Shown here: piece by piece, positions 59,871 through 64,000 of the stretch | How positions within the stretch are numbered: the first letter of the stretch is position 1 | Layout of the letters: each line of letters starts with the position of its first letter | Assembly (NCBI GenBank): GCA_977018835.1 | Contig: OZ361259.1 | Coordinates: 1,488,001-1,552,000 of the forward strand | Source of the DNA: Minutocellus sp. GHC0000111 | Lineage: Eukaryota | Length of the DNA stretch: 64,000 bases | Direction: 5' to 3' | Made by a program: the position numbers and the translations under genes | Notes under the pieces: model-generated | Seen by the model: only the letters and a program-made list of their open reading frames with translations | The model's database searches: none | What the model was told of the DNA's origin: nothing

Positions 59871-61967
59871 ATGACCTCTCGACCAACCATGTCGGACGAA
59901 TCGGGCGCCTCCTCGTCGACTTTTGATTTCCTATGCTTTTCGGCCGAGAACTTTTGCGCCTCGACAGCGTGTGGTCCCTGTTCCGATGGCTTCCCTTGCT
60001 CCGGCAGCGGTGGACAAGATGTCAACGACGAGGCCACTCTGGATGAGATTCTGGAGAGGGAGACGACCGCACACGAGGAGAGTACGCCATCGGGGACCGG
60101 CAATGACGCTGACAATGAAGGGCATGGCGGGAAGACGACTGGCTATGATAACGGTGCTGGTTGTACTAGTAACCACCAAGGCGATAATTGCAATTCCGAA
60201 TCTGATTCGAACCTCCGCCTCGAGTCCTACAATTCTCTCCTCACGGATGATGCTCACGACCACCACCACCACCAGCAACAGCGCAGCCGCAGCCAAAATC
60301 AGTCACAATATCTAGGCCTGGAAAACCTTGGCAACACGTGCTACATAAATAGTTCCCTCCAGGTCCTCATGACTCTCGAATCCTTTGTAGATGATGTCGT
60401 ATCTCGCACCGGCAACTGTGGGGAGATGACCTGCGGCGATGCGGGTAGCGATGGCAGTGATAGACAAAGGGATGGTGCCGGACGTGGTGACGATGGCGCC
60501 ACTCCGCAGGATCAAGCCAGCACCAGCACCAGCACCAAGAATATGGCGCTGCTGAATGAGGATGTTGGTTGTCGAGTTGTCGTTGCTGAGGGGCGTCTGC
60601 GATTGCCTAGTAGCTTCCCTCCTACTGGCAGTGATGAGGAAGAGAAGAAAGAGGAGGACATCGATGCTCAACAAGGTGACTCAGGTAGCGACAGTGGCTC
60701 TTCCGAGAAGCCACTTCATGTCGCATTAGGTAGCGATTTTACCGATCTACGCGGCGGCCCAGATCCTAGCAATGACTCCGAGGTCGGCAATGATAACGCA
60801 TGTGCCTATCAATCTTCAATGTTGAGAGTTGACAAACAGGAATCGGCCTCAGCGGTGAATCCCAGTGACTTCAAGTCAATTGTAGATACTCTCTCCCCAC
60901 AATTTGCTGGCTTTGATCAGCAAGATTCTCATGAATTCCTCGGTACATTACTAGATCTGCTCCACGAGGAGGTCGAGTCTCGAGATCAGGGGGAGGGTGT
61001 TGATACCAAATCGGGAAAGGGCAGATCGCAATCGCCTCAAAAGAGAAAAAGAAGCGCCTCGCCGTCGCCGTCGCCATCGTTGGTGTCCGAGGATGAGGAT
61101 AGCGAGGGGATGCCTCGCACCAGATCATTCGCAGACCTCACAATGAAAGATATCTCATCATTGTTGCACGGGAGCGAGGACGGTGCATCCTCAGATCAGA
61201 GTGAGAAGGAGCAGACGAATGCGGGCGAAACGACGACAGGCAAGAAAACGACTTCCCCAGTGGAGGCACATTTCGCCACCGAAGTCCGAACAACACTGCA
61301 GTGCGACTCTTGCAAGTTCTCGGGATCAAAAACTGAAATGTTCCGTTGCTTGTCTCTGGATGTTGCTGCGGCGTACATTTTATCGGATACGTGCCCGACG
61401 AGCGTCGAAGAATGTCTTTACCGTTTCTTTTCATCTGAGAAGCGCGAAATTCATTGTCAAAAGTGTTTCTTCGACACAGCAACACAGACATCCGAAATTT
61501 CCAAGCTACCACGAGCTCTTTTGCTGCACTTTAAGCGCTTCGTTGTGGATATATCCCCAGACTACTCAAGCGTGTCCTATCGAAAGGATGCTCGGCAGGT
61601 CCAATTTTGTGATGAGATTGTTGTGGATGCCAAGGCCGAGACAAATGTAGACGGGGCAACATCTCTTGCCGAGTATTTGTCGTCTGATTGTGCTCTTCCA
61701 GCACGTGTAGGTGAGAATGAATCGCCAGGGACGTATAAGTTGCGAGGAATTGTTAATCACATTGGGAAAAATGCCAACAGAGGCCATTATACAGCGGTGA
61801 CGTACACCGGTGCTCCTGAATCAGGTGATGAAAGTCTCGTTTATACCAGATTTAATGACGAATGTGTCGTTCCAATCTCGGCTGAAGCTGCCACAGGAAA
61901 ACAGGCGCAAAGTACCGCCTACATATTACTCTATGGCCTGTCGGAAGGAAAGGCTAGATCTAAATGA
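59871..61967 (+). CDS. Ubiquitin-specific protease (peptidase C19)
   Basis: Cys box GLENLGNTCYINSSLQ, QQDSHEFL, LPRALLLHFKRF, His box HIG...GHY, FND. Confidence 0.93.
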   Translation: MTSRPTMSDESGASSSTFDFLCFSAENFCASTACGPCSDGFPCSGSGGQDVNDEATLDEILERETTAHEESTPSGTGNDADNEGHGGKTTGYDNGAGCTSNHQGDNCNSESDSNLRLESYNSLLTDDAHDHHHHQQQRSRSQNQSQYLGLENLGNTCYINSSLQVLMTLESFVDDVVSRTGNCGEMTCGDAGSDGSDRQRDGAGRGDDGATPQDQASTSTSTKNMALLNEDVGCRVVVAEGRLRLPSSFPPTGSDEEEKKEEDIDAQQGDSGSDSGSSEKPLHVALGSDFTDLRGGPDPSNDSEVGNDNACAYQSSMLRVDKQESASAVNPSDFKSIVDTLSPQFAGFDQQDSHEFLGTLLDLLHEEVESRDQGEGVDTKSGKGRSQSPQKRKRSASPSPSPSLVSEDEDSEGMPRTRSFADLTMKDISSLLHGSEDGASSDQSEKEQTNAGETTTGKKTTSPVEAHFATEVRTTLQCDSCKFSGSKTEMFRCLSLDVAAAYILSDTCPTSVEECLYRFFSSEKREIHCQKCFFDTATQTSEISKLPRALLLHFKRFVVDISPDYSSVSYRKDARQVQFCDEIVVDAKAETNVDGATSLAEYLSSDCALPARVGENESPGTYKLRGIVNHIGKNANRGHYTAVTYTGAPESGDESLVYTRFNDECVVPISAEAATGKQAQSTAYILLYGLSEGKARSK

Positions 61968-62023
61968 AATGAATTTCTCCTTTGCCCTCAGTCTATGGTT
62001 GGCATACATGTACATTCCAATAA

Positions 62024-63970
62024 TCAAATATCAAGGTTATATGCTCTACTCGTTGGCATGTAGATTCCAGCAGAATCTGTGGCAGTCAGTCGCACGATTA
62101 TATCGCACGACACGGCACCTTCCAAATCATTTGACGCTGGTAATTCCACCTCAATGTTGTTGCCTTGGACGGATTCAAGAAGAGGAAGAAAGATCACACC
62201 GCCACCGCTGCCGCCGCCACCAACACTCGGCCTTCTTTCTTTGCGGATAAATACATCCCACACTAAAGAAGAATCTGATAGCATACCATCCTCTTCGTCT
62301 ATTGCTGATCCCTGGAGCAGAATGGAATCACCAGCAACAAGCGTAGCCCCCAACTCTGGACTTTCTATGTTTGCAATAGGATTGTTATCGTCCACCTCAA
62401 TGGAGATGGTGACTGTGTCCGTAGCACCGCCTTCATCAGTTACTGTCAATCGAGCAAAGTATAGGCCAGGATCTTTGTATTTGTGCGATGTAATAGCTCG
62501 TGATAATAATTCAGACGCGCTGCCATCTCCGAAATCGTACGAATACGTCAGGGATCCGCCGTCTGGGTCTTCACTTTTAGAGCCAATGAATTGGACAGAG
62601 AGCGGACTGAATCCAATAGACGGGTTCACCTCAACAACCGCCTTAGGAGGTAAGTTAAGCTCCTGCTTCCCCGTGTAAGATATTCGAAAGAGACCGGGAG
62701 TTCCATCGCGTTTGAGGTTCTTGATATGTTTGAGATAGTAGAGGGCATAGCCTCTGTTGAAATGTCCGAATTTCATCGACACCGGTCGCTTGGTCGCTGA
62801 CAGAATCATTTCCGAACCGGAGTAAGCCGAAACGGGGGTGTCACAATCCATACACCGCTCATTAGTTGCTGCCATTCGATAAATACCGACTCGCCGATAA
62901 TCACCAAAGAGGTACGAGCCGCTCAATTCTTTTGGCCATCCAGCTTCATCAGGCACAAAGGCGCCGCTTGTGATTGCGGCAGAGTATTCAGCATCGTGAG
63001 GGTAAAAATGCAGCATGTCTTTAGTGTATTTCGTCTCGCCGCACTTATACGCTGGGTCTCTGGTGGATCCATAATTTTGACAAGGGCCATCTTGGACTGG
63101 GTAGCCATATTCGGCTCCCTTTCTTCCTTCTACGATCCACTCCCAGTTTTTCCATCCCACAACATTTATCCAAAATTTTGTTTCCTGAGTATTTGAATTC
63201 ATAGCCAATCGGAAGGGATTTCGCAGACCGGACGCGTATATTTCTTGGCAGGGAACGGAAGCTTTTGTGGACCAACCACGATTGTATCCACATCGAACAC
63301 CTTTTGCTGAATGAGGATTATCATCTGGGATCCCTCCGTCTTCTGTCAGGCGAACGATTTTACCTGCGAGGTTATCGTTTGCCATACTAAGAAAGATGCC
63401 ATCATCATTTTGATATTGGCGAGCATAATGATCACCAATCACTGCATAGAGCAAGCCATCTTTTCCAAAATCAATATCACCGCCACAGTGATTGTGGACT
63501 GGGCTGATGATTGTTTCCAGAAGCATCTCCTCTGTACTTTCATCGATAGTGAGCGTATCTGGATCTAAAACGAAGCGAGATAATCTATTGAATGTGCCGC
63601 GAGTGGTCTTTCCATGCTCACTGGATGTTCCTGAGTAGCATTCGTCTTGTAGGTGCGTATAATACAAATATATCCAGGGTTTGGACGTCGAGAACTCGGG
63701 GTGGATCGCAACCGAGAGAAGACCGCGTTCGCCGTTGAAACATATTCTCCGAGAAATATCGAGGACCAATGTGGGTGGGGACGGAGAGTCCAACTGGTAT
63801 TCTGCGAGAACGTACAGTTGCCCCTCCTTTGCTGCCAAAAGCATAAAGTCACTCTGACCGTCAACGTTGGGAGACAACGCAAGATCTACCAATCCATCCT
63901 GTTCAAGAATGAGACGCTCATCGAATTGATCGCGGAAGGCTGGGTCGACCTTCAATTCTTGTGCTCTGCA
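62024..63970 (-). CDS. Glucose/sorbosone dehydrogenase (PQQ-type beta-propeller) + PKD domain protein; 5' end probably outside the window
   Basis: GERGLLSVAIHPEF, HNHCGGDIDFGKDGLLYAVIGD, GKIVRL..GGIPDDNP, IYASGLRNPFR; PKD YSYDFGDG..HKYKDPGLYFARLTVTD. Confidence 0.88.
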   Translation of the reverse strand, partial: CRAQELKVDPAFRDQFDERLILEQDGLVDLALSPNVDGQSDFMLLAAKEGQLYVLAEYQLDSPSPPTLVLDISRRICFNGERGLLSVAIHPEFSTSKPWIYLYYTHLQDECYSGTSSEHGKTTRGTFNRLSRFVLDPDTLTIDESTEEMLLETIISPVHNHCGGDIDFGKDGLLYAVIGDHYARQYQNDDGIFLSMANDNLAGKIVRLTEDGGIPDDNPHSAKGVRCGYNRGWSTKASVPCQEIYASGLRNPFRLAMNSNTQETKFWINVVGWKNWEWIVEGRKGAEYGYPVQDGPCQNYGSTRDPAYKCGETKYTKDMLHFYPHDAEYSAAITSGAFVPDEAGWPKELSGSYLFGDYRRVGIYRMAATNERCMDCDTPVSAYSGSEMILSATKRPVSMKFGHFNRGYALYYLKHIKNLKRDGTPGLFRISYTGKQELNLPPKAVVEVNPSIGFSPLSVQFIGSKSEDPDGGSLTYSYDFGDGSASELLSRAITSHKYKDPGLYFARLTVTDEGGATDTVTISIEVDDNNPIANIESPELGATLVAGDSILLQGSAIDEEDGMLSDSSLVWDVFIRKERRPSVGGGGSGGGVIFLPLLESVQGNNIEVELPASNDLEGAVSCDIIVRLTATDSAGIYMPTSRAYNLDI

Positions 63971-64000
63971 TGTATGAGCAAGAGAATCGAAGAGCAGAAG

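Overview
Gene-dense eukaryotic nuclear DNA with short GT-AG introns and about 25 protein genes. It is very likely from a diatom (inference from bipartite ASAF-type plastid-targeting peptides, a frustulin-type Cys domain and motifs I associate with diatom gene families). Recognisable genes include NOP58, COA5, histidinol dehydrogenase, PTOX, a MABP-Sec7-PH ARF-GEF, DnaJ-X, MATE, PhoX-like phosphatase, DEDDh exonuclease, TrmA-like methyltransferase, S8 protease, USP, fibrillin and GSDH-PKD. Highlights: (1) a probable plastid-targeted selenoprotein (SelU/AhpC-TSA type, in-frame TGA in a UxxC motif) with a well-formed SECIS in its 3' UTR; (2) a 4.18-kb Kolobok-type DNA transposon with 17-bp TIRs, a DDE transposase and a convergent KolX/P2X7-ballast-like ORF carrying an extra OB-fold-like region; (3) two inverted copies of a (TA)n-inserted MITE bracketing a chimeric inverted gene duplicate; (4) a beta-propeller + Ig-like + frustulin-domain fusion gene; (5) a box C/D-like structured element in NOP58 intron 1 with complementarity to 18S rRNA. 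Many genes carry single-base frameshifts or stops, so the consensus appears error-prone and every stop codon needs read-level checking. All family assignments are by eye from motifs; no searches were run.
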